Below, one piece after another: positions 9,208 to 18,970 of a stretch of 59,267 nt of DNA. Location: NCBI GenBank assembly GCA_019246665.1, contig JAFAQA010000524.1, positions 1-59,267 on the forward strand. The letters are read 5' to 3'. The translations under genes and the position numbers were made by a program. Source of the stretch: Hyphomicrobiales bacterium (GTDB taxonomy: Bacteria; Pseudomonadota; Alphaproteobacteria; Rhizobiales; Beijerinckiaceae). Under the pieces are notes generated by a model. It was not told the origin of the DNA. It saw only the letters and a list, made by a program, of their open reading frames with translations, and made no database searches. How positions within the stretch are numbered: position 1 is the first letter of the stretch; every line of letters starts with the position of its first letter.

Positions 9208-9891
9208 ATGCTGACCCGCACGCCCGAATACGATTCCATTGGCGAGAGGACGTATCGCCGCGTCAGAACCGACATCCTGTTTGCTAAGCTCTTGCCGAAC
9301 CAAAGGCTGAAGCTGGACCGTCTGCGCGAGGACTATCACACGAGCGTAGGCACGCTTCGGGAATTGCTCAGCCGACTGGCGAGCGAAGGACTGGTCATTG
9401 CCGAAGGCCAGCGTGGCTTCACGGTCGCACCTGTGTCAGCCGAAAACTTGCGGGAAATCGCTTCGCTCCGACTGCTGCTCGAGTCGCATGCTCTCACTCA
9501 ATCCTTCGCGGCTGGGGACATGGATTGGGAAGGTCGCGTCGTGGCAGCTCATCATAAGCTGGCTGCAATCGAGAAGCGGCTGCTATCAGGTGAACAGGCT
9601 AACCCCGAGGCATGGAAGCGCTATGATTGGGAATTTCACCAGGCGCTGATTGGCGCCTGCGGCTCGAATGCGCTGCTCGAAATCCATGAACCGATCTACG
9701 CCAAATACCTTCGCTATCAGATGGTAGCAGGGGTATTCCGCGGCGAGATCGCCGCCAACGAACACAAGAAGCTTTTGAAAAGCGCACTGCGTCGCGACGC
9801 AGCAGCGGCATGCGCCGTGCTCGAAGTCCATATCCAAGCCTGCGTCGACTTCACCATCTCAAAAGGAAGACTTCCTCCTATCGCTGAATAG
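9208..9891 (+). CDS. GntR/FCD-family transcriptional regulator
   Basis: N-terminal HTH (LRELLSRLASEGLV...QRGF) and FCD domain (D.EFH.ALI, EH); divergent from aroQ. Confidence 0.9.
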   Translation: MLTRTPEYDSIGERTYRRVRTDILFAKLLPNQRLKLDRLREDYHTSVGTLRELLSRLASEGLVIAEGQRGFTVAPVSAENLREIASLRLLLESHALTQSFAAGDMDWEGRVVAAHHKLAAIEKRLLSGEQANPEAWKRYDWEFHQALIGACGSNALLEIHEPIYAKYLRYQMVAGVFRGEIAANEHKKLLKSALRRDAAAACAVLEVHIQACVDFTISKGRLPPIAE

Positions 9892-9959
9892 ACAGGGCCC
9901 TAAGCGTTGAACCACAGAACGGTCGCGAAGACCGCCGATCATCCCGGAGGAACGTCACC

Positions 9960-10628
9960 TTGCACTACGAGTTCGACTTCACGCCGGTGATCGACGCCTT
10001 CCCTGATCTGCTCTGGGGCTGCCTCGGAACGTTGAGGCTTGCGCTCGCCGGGATGGTTCTCGCGATCATCATCGGCATCGGCGGGGTCGTCTTGCGGGAC
10101 TCCCAGTTCAAGCCGCTGCGCTTGCTCGTCATCATCTTCGTCGAGGTGATCCGCAACACCCCCTTCCTCGTGCAGATCTACTTCGTCTTTTTCGCGCTAC
10201 CATTCGTCGGCATCAAGCTCGATCCGACGCCGACCGCGATCATCGCGCTCGGGCTCAATGGCGGCGCTTACGCGATCGAGATCATCCGCGGCGGCGTGCA
10301 GTCGATCACGCGGGGACAGATCGAGACCGGCATGGCACTCGGCCTGCGTCCTCTCCAGGTGTTCCGGCTGATCGTGCTGAAGCCGGCGCTGCGCGCCATC
10401 TATCCCTCTCTCGCGAGCCAGTTCATCCTGCTCACGCTCACCACGAGCATCGCCTCGGCGGTTGCCGCCTACGAGCTCACCTCCGTGGCGAAGCTGATCG
10501 AGAACGAGTCATTCAGAAGCTTCGAGGTCTATTTCACCGTCACGCTGCTCTATCTCGCCCTGTCATGGCTCATGATGCGGCTCCTGGCCGCCATCGCCGC
10601 GCGTTACCTCGCCTATCCGGTGAAGTGA
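9960..10628 (+). CDS. Polar amino acid ABC transporter permease
   Basis: RNTPFLVQ and AY.IEIIRGG..SI..GQ.E motifs (HisM/Q type). Confidence 0.92.
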   Translation: MHYEFDFTPVIDAFPDLLWGCLGTLRLALAGMVLAIIIGIGGVVLRDSQFKPLRLLVIIFVEVIRNTPFLVQIYFVFFALPFVGIKLDPTPTAIIALGLNGGAYAIEIIRGGVQSITRGQIETGMALGLRPLQVFRLIVLKPALRAIYPSLASQFILLTLTTSIASAVAAYELTSVAKLIENESFRSFEVYFTVTLLYLALSWLMMRLLAAIAARYLAYPVK

Positions 10629-10634
10629 GCCGCC

Positions 10635-11279
10635 ATGGGAAAGAATGAATTCCTGTTCTTGCTGCAAGGCCTGAAATGGACCGCCATCCTGTCGGTCGTG
10701 GCCTTCGGCGCCGGCATCCCGTCGGGGCTTGCGGTCGCGTTGGCGCGGACCTCCGAATGGCCATGGCCGCGACGTCTGACGGCGGGCTACATCGCGGTAT
10801 TCCAGGGCACGCCGCTCTTGATGCAACTATTCGTCGTCTACTACGCGCTCGCGCTCGCTGGCCTCGATCTCGAAGCCTGGGAGGCGGTAGCGCTCGGCTT
10901 CACCTTGCATGCGAGCGCCTTCCTCGGCGAGATCTGGCGAGGTTCGATCGAGGCCTTGCCGTGGGGCCAGGTCGAGGCGGCCAAGGCCTTGAGCCTCGGC
11001 TATCTTGCAAGAACCGCGACTGTCATCCTGCCCCAGGCCATCCGCATCTCATTGCCGGCGACAATCGGTTTCCTGGTCCAGCTGGTCAAGGGAACCTCGC
11101 TCGCCGCTATCGTTGGCTTCACCGAGCTCGCGCGCGCCGGCGGAATCGTGTCGAGCCAAACCTTCAAACCGCTGCTCGTCTACGCCGTCGTCGGCATCAT
11201 GTATTTCGCGATCTGCTGGCCGCTATCGTTTTATGGAACCCGGCTCGAGCACCGGTTCGCGGCGGCTTCGGCGCGATGA
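10635..11279 (+). CDS. Polar amino acid ABC transporter permease
   Basis: QGTPLLMQ, EIWRGSIE...GQVEAAKAL, ILPQA and KGTSL motifs. Confidence 0.92.
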   Translation: MGKNEFLFLLQGLKWTAILSVVAFGAGIPSGLAVALARTSEWPWPRRLTAGYIAVFQGTPLLMQLFVVYYALALAGLDLEAWEAVALGFTLHASAFLGEIWRGSIEALPWGQVEAAKALSLGYLARTATVILPQAIRISLPATIGFLVQLVKGTSLAAIVGFTELARAGGIVSSQTFKPLLVYAVVGIMYFAICWPLSFYGTRLEHRFAAASAR

Positions 11280-11319
11280 AGACATTGGGGAGGAACCTCA
11301 TGCAGCAAGGGAGAAGTCG

Positions 11320-12177
11320 ATGAAAACCCGGAAGCCAAGTTCATGTTCTGGACCGAACCGCCGCAGCCTGCTGGTCGGAGGCGTCACGGCGATCGCGGCG
11401 CCAATGATCCTCAGCCGTCCGGCCTTCGCCATCACGCCGGACGAGATCAAGAAACGCGGCAAGATCATCATAGGCATTCAGGGTGACAACCCGCCTTGGG
11501 GCTTCGTCAATTCATCGGGCGTGCAGGAAGGCCTCGATGCGGAGCTCGGCGCACTCTACGCGAAGGAACTCGACGTGAATCTCGAATTCGTGCCGCTCGA
11601 GGTCGCGAACCGAATTCCGGCGCTCACGTCGGGCCGGGTCGATTGCCTCTTCGCCACAATGGCGATGTTTCCCGATCGGGCCAAGGCAGTGCAGTTCAGC
11701 AAGCCTTACGTGGCGAACATCATCGTCCTGATCGCCCCGAAGACGACCGAGATCAAGACCAATGCCGATATGGGAAAGCTTAAGGCCATCGCGGTGCCGC
11801 GTGCCAGCGCCCAGGACACCCAGGTGACCAAGAACGCTCCTCCCGGAACCAACATCCTGCGCCTCGACGGAGATGCGGCTGCGATCCAGGCAATGCTCTC
11901 AGGGCAATGCGACGCTGTCGGCGGCAACATGTTCTACAAGGACAAGCTGAACGAGGCGAAGCCCGGAACCTTTGAGGACAAGCTCGAATTCCAACGCATC
12001 TATAACGGCGTGTGCACGCGGCTGCACGAGAAGGAGATCAACGCTTCGATCAATGGCTTCATCGACAAGATCAAGGCCAATGGCGAGCTCGCCAAGGCCC
12101 ATGAGAAATGGTTGAAGCTGCCTTTGCCGACATCGTTTCCGGACAGCATTGAGGGCGTCCCCTACGTCGCGAGCTGA
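11320..12177 (+). CDS. Polar amino acid ABC substrate-binding protein (family 3), Tat-like signal
   Basis: NRRSLL signal, DNPPWGF, NRIPALTSGRVD and FSKPY. Start reassigned to the ATG at 11320. Confidence 0.9.
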   Translation: MKTRKPSSCSGPNRRSLLVGGVTAIAAPMILSRPAFAITPDEIKKRGKIIIGIQGDNPPWGFVNSSGVQEGLDAELGALYAKELDVNLEFVPLEVANRIPALTSGRVDCLFATMAMFPDRAKAVQFSKPYVANIIVLIAPKTTEIKTNADMGKLKAIAVPRASAQDTQVTKNAPPGTNILRLDGDAAAIQAMLSGQCDAVGGNMFYKDKLNEAKPGTFEDKLEFQRIYNGVCTRLHEKEINASINGFIDKIKANGELAKAHEKWLKLPLPTSFPDSIEGVPYVAS

Positions 12178-12387
12178 TCTTGTTGAGGCGCTGGGCGGAG
12201 GGCGAAGGCCGATAGCGAGGCGCTCTCGACGAAGCTCGAGGCGTATGGCGCAGGCCACCAGGGCGCTCGGTCCAATCTTGCGGGATGACCCGCATATCGG
12301 GACCGATGTCCACTTGCCCAGACTCTCATCGGCGCATTCGCTCGCGACGACGAGCGGCAACGTGACGGACGCAACCGTGCCTCAGGG

Positions 12388-13473
12388 CTACGTTGAGCGT
12401 GCCAGAAGTTTGGCGCGCAGCTGCTCCATGGCGATATGCACGACGTCGACATCCGCGACGGCGAAGCCAGACGCGAGCTCGGGGCTGACAGCGCGCAGGC
12501 GATCGGCAAGGCGTCCGGTATAGCGGATGAAGCCGTCAGCACCGACGACGAGTCCGTTCTCCTCCTCGAAACGCGCGTTCCAGGCGATAGCCTCGTCCCG
12601 AGCCAGGACCGGCGGCAGATTGAGATGTAGCGCCTGCCCATCCCAGAACACGGGATATCCCCCCGGCAGACCGAGCGGCCCCGGCACATGCCCTCGCCAA
12701 GTTTCCCGCGCAACCATGGCCAGAATGAGCGGCACGCCGCTTGCACCTGATATCTCGATCGCTGGCTCGGCAGTGAGCTTCACTCCCTCGAAGCGGGCCC
12801 GAACATCGCTAACCTCAGTGTTTGCGACCCACACGCGCGGCATCGGTCCGATGCGCTCGCCGGCCGGTCTGCGGAAAGGGGCCAGGCATTGGTAATGGGC
12901 CAGCAGGCGCAGGTCGCCAAATGTCGTGCGATCGAGGCTCGCGGCAAAGGCATTCGACAAGATTGCGATGTTGCCGGTGCCGCACACAACCGGCAGCCCC
13001 CTCGCGGTGATGAGCGCGTTGACCACGTCGGGAAAGCAGCAATTGATCATCTGGCAACCGTCCGGAACGGCCGCCGCCACGCGCATGGAGAAGAGGGACT
13101 GAAAAACGGCCGTCGCACTGAGGCCGCCCTCGGCCACGAGCTGGCTCCAGGCGTTGCCCTTGGTCGTGATCACGCTCGGCGTCTGCGTTGACGCAGCCTG
13201 GACCACCACCTTCGGCCTGCGGGTCGAGATCACCTCTTCTGCCGCCTCGGGCTGCGACAGATCGACTGCGCGAGCGTCAAAACGCGCCTCGGAGCCGAAG
13301 ATCGCGGCGCGCGAGCCTGCAGCGACACGCAGCCAGTCAAGACGTTCCAGGTTGCGCCCGGCGATGGTCACATGAACGGGTGCGCGTGCTGTCGCGGCGA
13401 TGTCGAAAACGATGCGCGCTGCGAAATTGCCCGTGCCGAAAACGAGGATGTCTGTCGCCTGAGACATCATCAT
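12388..13473 (-). CDS. NAD(P)-binding Rossmann-fold protein (saccharopine-dehydrogenase/LDH-like), function unknown
   Basis: ILVFGTGNFA nucleotide-binding motif, IAGRN and PGPLGLPGGYPV; 9 bp downstream of the IclR gene. Confidence 0.7.
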   Translation of the reverse strand: MMMSQATDILVFGTGNFAARIVFDIAATARAPVHVTIAGRNLERLDWLRVAAGSRAAIFGSEARFDARAVDLSQPEAAEEVISTRRPKVVVQAASTQTPSVITTKGNAWSQLVAEGGLSATAVFQSLFSMRVAAAVPDGCQMINCCFPDVVNALITARGLPVVCGTGNIAILSNAFAASLDRTTFGDLRLLAHYQCLAPFRRPAGERIGPMPRVWVANTEVSDVRARFEGVKLTAEPAIEISGASGVPLILAMVARETWRGHVPGPLGLPGGYPVFWDGQALHLNLPPVLARDEAIAWNARFEEENGLVVGADGFIRYTGRLADRLRAVSPELASGFAVADVDVVHIAMEQLRAKLLARST

Positions 13474-13482
13474 TCTCTCCTA

Positions 13483-14328
13483 TCAGCTCGGCTCGGACGA
13501 CCTGTTGAGTGGCCGCGCCTGCGACATCGCCTGTGCCGCGGCCATGACCAGGGGCGCGAAACGAGTTTCGGCCTCGACCGCCGGGCAGCGCAGCTTCGAG
13601 ACGGCGATGCTGACGGCTCCGAGGACCTCGCCCTTGCTGCCGAGCGCGGGGCTCGCGATGGAAATGTCGTTGGGATAGATTTCCTCGGCGGCAATCGCAT
13701 AGCCACGATGGGCCGCCTGCTCGAGCTGGGCCAGGAGTCGCGTCATCTGATAGATCGTGTGGGGCGTGAAGGCGCGCAATTCCGATTGCCGCAGCACGGC
13801 ATGCGCCTCCTGCACCGACATGCTCGCCAGGATGGCCCTGCCAGGCGCAGTGCAATAGGCGGGCAGGCGCGAGCCGATGATCACCTTCGTGTTGAGCATG
13901 AAGCGGCTCATGAAGCGCGAAACATAGACGACCTCGGTGCCGTCGAGCACGGTCAAGCTGACCGTCTCCTCCGTCTCGCGGCTCAGATGCATGAGATAGG
14001 GAAGCGACCGTTCGACCAGCGGGCTCGCGCGCGTGTAGTGATAGCCGAGGTCCAGGGCGCGCGTCGTCAACTCGAACCGCTTGGTCTCGGGATCCTTGCG
14101 CAGATAGCCCAGGGCCTCGAGCGTGTATGTGAAGCGCTGGGCCGCGCTCTTGTCGAGCTTCGTGGCGGCTGCGATCTGCCCAAGGCTCAAGGTCGAGCGT
14201 CCGCTGCCAAAGACGGCGAGCACCCGGAACCCTTTCTCGACCGAACGGACGAACAAGGCGTCCCGTGCGGAGGGCGTGCTTCGAATGCCCCCGAGGCGTT
14301 CCTTGGCGGACTTCGCCGCCGCGCTCAT
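13483..14328 (-). CDS. IclR-family transcriptional regulator (PcaR-like)
   Basis: SVEKGFRVL..F and the HTH ...AAQRFTYTLEALGYL; GSRLPAYCTAPGRAILA effector-domain motif. Confidence 0.93.
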   Translation of the reverse strand: MSAAAKSAKERLGGIRSTPSARDALFVRSVEKGFRVLAVFGSGRSTLSLGQIAAATKLDKSAAQRFTYTLEALGYLRKDPETKRFELTTRALDLGYHYTRASPLVERSLPYLMHLSRETEETVSLTVLDGTEVVYVSRFMSRFMLNTKVIIGSRLPAYCTAPGRAILASMSVQEAHAVLRQSELRAFTPHTIYQMTRLLAQLEQAAHRGYAIAAEEIYPNDISIASPALGSKGEVLGAVSIAVSKLRCPAVEAETRFAPLVMAAAQAMSQARPLNRSSEPS

Positions 14329-14476
14329 CGGCAGCGCTCCTCAACCTGCGGAACATCTGCACCCGACACAGGGCCCGAATCGACTGGGCCGGAGCCGTAC
14401 ATGGGCTGATGCATGAACGAGAGGCCTCCCTCGCCGCCGAAGGTCAACCGAACAGCACCGGACATCGCCCGCATGG

Positions 14477-14535
14477 TTGACACCGATATCCGGCGGCGGC
14501 AGTTTATCCGACATACAAGATCGGATTGCAATACA
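14477..14535 (+). promoter_or_regulatory. Putative sigma70 promoter with operator-like motif upstream of the ABC/oxidase operon
   Basis: TTGACA at 14477, 17-bp spacer, CAGTTT, then CGACATACAAGATCGGATTGCAATACA (14509-14535), 21/27 identical to the motif at 21601. Confidence 0.6.
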
Positions 14536-14633
14536 ACGGTTCCATTCCGACCTGCGAGCACCCGAGGCTGCGACCGCGGGAAGACCACGCAGCGAGCAAG
14601 ACGAAGAGCTGGAGGAAACCAGGGAGAACATCC

Positions 14634-15716
14634 ATGATAGAGCCGCGCAGCCTGAAAGATCCCTTGCGCTATTCTCTCGATCGACGCAGCGTGCTGATGG
14701 GAGGAGTGGCCGCGCTCACTGCCTCTTCGATGGCACTTCAGAAGGCCTTCGCGGCAGAGACGCTGACGGTTGCCGACCCGGGAGGTGCCTGGACGCCGGC
14801 GTGCGACGACGCCTTCGTCAAGCCGTTCGAGAAGGAGACCGGCGTCTCGATCAATCACATCGCCCGCGAGCACTACCCGAGCGTTGAGATCAAGGCCAAT
14901 GTCGAGACCAAGTCCTACACATGGGATGCGGTGATCGCGACCGACGCCGACGTCTACGAGCTTGCGCCGCAACACCTGCTGGAGCCGCTCGACTGGTCGG
15001 GCGAGGACATGGGCCAGATCATGGAGGCCGCCCGCAAGCCGGGCTGGATGGGGCAGGACACCTATGCCACGGTGATCTGCTACCGCACCGACAAATACAA
15101 GGATAACGGGCCGAAGAACTGGACAGATTTCTGGAACGTGCAGAGATTCCCCGGCCGGCGCGCGATGCATAAGCATCCAATCGACACGCTGGAAGAGGCG
15201 CTGCTCGCCGACGGAGTGCCGATGGAGAAGATCTATCCCATCGACATGGATCGCGCCTTCAAGAAGCTCGACGAGATCAAGCCGCATGTGGATGTGTGGT
15301 GGACCGGGGGAGCGCAGACGACCCAGATGCTCCAGAGCGGCGAAGTCGACATTCTGCCGACTTGGAATGCGCGGGCGCAGATCGTGATCGAGGCCGGCGG
15401 CCCGGTGGCGATGTCCTGGGATCAGGGCATCTACTCCATCGAAGGCTGGGTCGTGCCCAAGGGCTGTCCCAAGGCGGAGCTGGCCAAGAGGTTCATCAAG
15501 TTCTGCGCGAATGCCAAACGCCAGGCCGAGTTTGTCTCGAAGCTCGCCTATGGACCGACCAACCCGAAGGCCTATGACTACATCCCGAAGGAGCGCGCCA
15601 AGTTCCTGCCGACAGCGCCCGGCAACCTGAAGCTGATGATGCAGTCGAGCACCGACTGGTGGGGCTCCAACAAGGAGAAGGCGATCGAGCGGTTCAACGC
15701 CTGGCTGCTTGGGTAA
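14634..15716 (+). CDS. PotD-like (polyamine/opine) ABC substrate-binding protein, Tat-like signal
   Basis: DRRSVL signal, PKNWTDFW...FPGRR, LEEALLADGV and YGPTN. RBS GGAGA before the ATG at 14634. Confidence 0.9.
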   Translation: MIEPRSLKDPLRYSLDRRSVLMGGVAALTASSMALQKAFAAETLTVADPGGAWTPACDDAFVKPFEKETGVSINHIAREHYPSVEIKANVETKSYTWDAVIATDADVYELAPQHLLEPLDWSGEDMGQIMEAARKPGWMGQDTYATVICYRTDKYKDNGPKNWTDFWNVQRFPGRRAMHKHPIDTLEEALLADGVPMEKIYPIDMDRAFKKLDEIKPHVDVWWTGGAQTTQMLQSGEVDILPTWNARAQIVIEAGGPVAMSWDQGIYSIEGWVVPKGCPKAELAKRFIKFCANAKRQAEFVSKLAYGPTNPKAYDYIPKERAKFLPTAPGNLKLMMQSSTDWWGSNKEKAIERFNAWLLG

Positions 15717-15729
15717 GAGCCTGACAGGA

Positions 15730-16866
15730 ATGGCGGCTCCCGCGAGCGGCGCGGCGCGCGAGGCGATAACGCCCGATGCTCCGGTCAAGCTGTCGATCCG
15801 CAACGTAGGCAAGACCTATGGCGGCATAACGGCGCTGGAAAGCGCCAGCTTCGACCTGCGTCAGGGAGAGTTCCTGACCCTGCTTGGTCCCTCCGGCTCG
15901 GGCAAGACGACACTGCTCATGATCGTCGCCGGCCTAGTCCAGCCGACGCGTGGCGAAGTATGGATCGATGGCAAGCTCGCGACCTACACCATGCCCGACA
16001 AGCGCGACGTCGGCGTTGTCTTCCAGAACTATGCGCTGTTCCCGCACCTGACGATTCGCGAGAACATCGCCTTCCCGTTGCGCATGCGCCGGATGCCGGA
16101 GACGCGCATCGCGCAGGAGGTGGCGCGCGTCTTAGACATCGTGCAGCTCCCGCATGTCGCCGCGCGCCTGCCGCGCGAGCTGTCGGGCGGCCAGCAGCAG
16201 CGCATCGCGCTCGCGCGCTGCATGGTCTACGGCCCCTCCATCATCTTGATGGACGAGCCCCTCGGAGCGCTGGACCGCAAGCTGCGCGACCGCATGCAGC
16301 TCGAGATCAAGGAGCTGCATGCCCGGCACGCCATCACCGTCCTCTACGTCACGCACGACCAGGAGGAGGCAATGGCCATGTCCGACCGCGTCTGCCTGAT
16401 GAACCAAGGGCAGATCGAACAGATCGGCACGCCGCGCGAGCTCTATTTCAAGCCAAGCACGCCCTTCGTCGCGGACTTTCTGGGTGAGTCGAACATGCTG
16501 GACGGCACGCTCGAGAAAGCCGGCGACGTCGCCCTGATGCGTGGCCCTCACGGCCTTGCTGTGCGCGCGCGGACGCACCAGGTCATCGCGCCGGGCGACG
16601 CGGTGAAGGCGGTCGTCCGGCCCGAGAGCGTGCGGTTGCTGCGCGAGGGCGAAACGGCCGATAACGAAGCCGCTGGCGACGTCACCGAGGCAGTCTTCGT
16701 CGGCGGCGTGTCGCGCATCTTCATCACGCTGACACAAGGCGTCGTGATCTCCGCGAAGCAGCTCACCGACGCCGCTGTGCCGCAGCCTCGGCCGGGCGAG
16801 CGGGTCCGTATCGGTTGGAACATCGACCATGGCGTCGTGCTCAAGGCGAGCGAGCCAGCGCGATGA
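15730..16866 (+). CDS. PotA-like ABC transporter ATPase
   Basis: [29 protein letters not shown] and YVTHDQ; C-terminal TOBE-like region. Confidence 0.95.
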   Translation: MAAPASGAAREAITPDAPVKLSIRNVGKTYGGITALESASFDLRQGEFLTLLGPSGSGKTTLLMIVAGLVQPTRGEVWIDGKLATYTMPDKRDVGVVFQNYALFPHLTIRENIAFPLRMRRMPETRIAQEVARVLDIVQLPHVAARLPRELSGGQQQRIALARCMVYGPSIILMDEPLGALDRKLRDRMQLEIKELHARHAITVLYVTHDQEEAMAMSDRVCLMNQGQIEQIGTPRELYFKPSTPFVADFLGESNMLDGTLEKAGDVALMRGPHGLAVRARTHQVIAPGDAVKAVVRPESVRLLREGETADNEAAGDVTEAVFVGGVSRIFITLTQGVVISAKQLTDAAVPQPRPGERVRIGWNIDHGVVLKASEPAR

Positions 16867-18668
16867 GCATGGCGATGGTGGAGGCATCCGCTCCGCCGCT
16901 GAGCCAGGCGGGCTGGATCAGGGCCTGGCCGATCTATCCGCTGCTCCTGTTCGTCCTCGCCTTCTTCGTCTATCCAGTCGCGCAGATCCTGTGGCTGAGC
17001 CTCATCGATCCCGACGGGCATTTCACCCTCGCGAACTACGTCCACGCTGCGACCACGCCCGTCTATCTGCAAACGCTCGGCATCACCTTCCAGATCGCGG
17101 TTTGGACGACGCTCCTCGCCATCCTGGCCGGCTATCCCGTTGCCTATTTGCTCGCGACGTCCCGCGTCCGGACACGCGAGGCGCTAACCCTCCTGGTGCT
17201 GATGCCGTTCTGGACGAGCTTCCTGGTGCGCACCTTCGCCTGGATGATCCTGCTCGGCCGCAACGGCGTGGTGAACCACCTTTTGGTTTCGCTCGGCATT
17301 GTCGATGCTCCTCTCAGCCTCATCTTCAATTTCACCGGCGTGATGATCGGCATGGTGCATTCCATGATGCCGCTCGCCGTCATGGCCATGCTTTCGGTGA
17401 TGGAGCGCATCGATGGCAACCTCGTGAAGGCGGCTCGCACGCTGGGCGCACGCGGCGGCAACGCTTTCTGGCGTATCTATTTCCGCCTCTCGATGCCCGG
17501 CATCGCGGCGGCCGGCCTTCTCGTCTTCATCACTGCGCTCGGTTTCTTCATCGTGCCGTCCCTGCTGGGCGGACGGCAGCAGACGATGATCTCGCAGGTG
17601 ATCATCTCCGTCGTGCAGGAGCTGCTCAACTGGCGCTTCGCCGGTGCGCTCTCCGTCATGCTGCTCGCCGCCTCGGCTCTCGTCTTCTACCTCTATGATC
17701 GGCTGCTCGGCATGTCGACGTTATCGGGCAGTGCTGACGACGTTGCGGACGGCCGGAAAAGCGGCGTGCTCGCAAGGGCCGGCTCCGCTGCCGGCGAGCG
17801 CCTCATCGCCGCGCTCGGCTGGATGACTGATCGAGCCGGAGCGCTTCTCGAAACCGTGATGCCGCCGCGCGCCGATCGGCCGCGCCGCGCCTGGTCGCGC
17901 CTCGTGCTCGGCATCGTGGCCGGGCTGATCATCGCCTTTCTGTGCCTACCCTCCCTGTTCGTGATCCCGGTGTCCTTCACCGACGGAAGCTTCATCGAAT
18001 TTCCACCGAAGGGCTTCTCGCTGCGCTGGTATGAGACCTATTTCACGTCGCCCGGCTGGGTGGCGGCTACGACGCGTTCCTTCGTCGTCGCGCTCCTGAC
18101 CGGTTTCGTTGCAACCGTGCTCGGCACCGCGGCCGCTATCGTTCTGGTGCGCCAGCGGATCATGTTCCGGATGGCGATCATCACGCTCGTGCTGGCGCCC
18201 CTGGTGCTGCCACGCATCATCATCGCCGTCGCCCTGTTCTACCTCTACGCGCAGCTTAATCTGGTCGGCACCGTCGCAGGGCTTGTGATCGGCCACACCA
18301 TCCTCGCAGTGCCTTACGTGGTGATCACGGTGATGGCTGTGCTCAAGACTTATGACGAGCGCCTCGACCACGCCGCCTGGACCCTCGGCGCCAGCAAATG
18401 GCAGGCGCTGCGCCGCATCACGTTGCCGCAAATCAAGGGCGGACTGATCGCCGGCTTTCTCTTCGCTTTCATCACCTCCTTCGATGATCTGACGATCGCC
18501 CTCTTCGTCACCGGCGGTAGCACATCGACCCTGCCGCGCCAGATGTGGAACGACCTCCTGCTGCAGGTGAACCCGACGCTCGCTGCCGTGTCGACGCTCA
18601 TCCTTGTCTTTGTGACCGCCTTCATCGTGCTGGCAGAGATCCTGCGGCGCCGCGCGGTGGCGGGATGA
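16863..18668 (+). CDS. Fused double ABC permease (PotB+PotC-like)
   Basis: Two permease halves, each with an EAA-like loop (KAARTLGA and HAAWTLGA); PFWTS.LVR motif. Confidence 0.92.
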   Translation: MSMAMVEASAPPLSQAGWIRAWPIYPLLLFVLAFFVYPVAQILWLSLIDPDGHFTLANYVHAATTPVYLQTLGITFQIAVWTTLLAILAGYPVAYLLATSRVRTREALTLLVLMPFWTSFLVRTFAWMILLGRNGVVNHLLVSLGIVDAPLSLIFNFTGVMIGMVHSMMPLAVMAMLSVMERIDGNLVKAARTLGARGGNAFWRIYFRLSMPGIAAAGLLVFITALGFFIVPSLLGGRQQTMISQVIISVVQELLNWRFAGALSVMLLAASALVFYLYDRLLGMSTLSGSADDVADGRKSGVLARAGSAAGERLIAALGWMTDRAGALLETVMPPRADRPRRAWSRLVLGIVAGLIIAFLCLPSLFVIPVSFTDGSFIEFPPKGFSLRWYETYFTSPGWVAATTRSFVVALLTGFVATVLGTAAAIVLVRQRIMFRMAIITLVLAPLVLPRIIIAVALFYLYAQLNLVGTVAGLVIGHTILAVPYVVITVMAVLKTYDERLDHAAWTLGASKWQALRRITLPQIKGGLIAGFLFAFITSFDDLTIALFVTGGSTSTLPRQMWNDLLLQVNPTLAAVSTLILVFVTAFIVLAEILRRRAVAG

Positions 18669-18970
18669 GCGAGGCGCCGCGCGGCCAGGTGGTGCGGGTC
18701 AAGCGGCGCCACGCGCCGCTCGTCGTCATCGAGATCGACGGCGAGCAGGTCGAAGCCTTCGCCGGCGAGAGCGTGCTGGTCGCCGTGCTGGCACACCGCC
18801 CGGCGCTTCGCCATCTCGAATTTAGCGGCGAACCGCGAGCCGGCTTCTGCCTCATGGGCGCCTGCCAGGATTGCTGGGTCGAGATCGAGGGGGTCGGCGG
18901 GGCAAGGGCCTGCACGACGCCCGTCTCGGCCGGACTGCGCGTCTCGACCGGGTGGCCGCGCTTTGGCTGA
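18665..18970 (+). CDS. Small 2Fe-2S subunit (HcnA/opine oxidase subunit C-like)
   Basis: GFCLMGACQDC...RACTT; ATGA overlap with the permease stop. Confidence 0.88.
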   Translation: MSEAPRGQVVRVKRRHAPLVVIEIDGEQVEAFAGESVLVAVLAHRPALRHLEFSGEPRAGFCLMGACQDCWVEIEGVGGARACTTPVSAGLRVSTGWPRFG

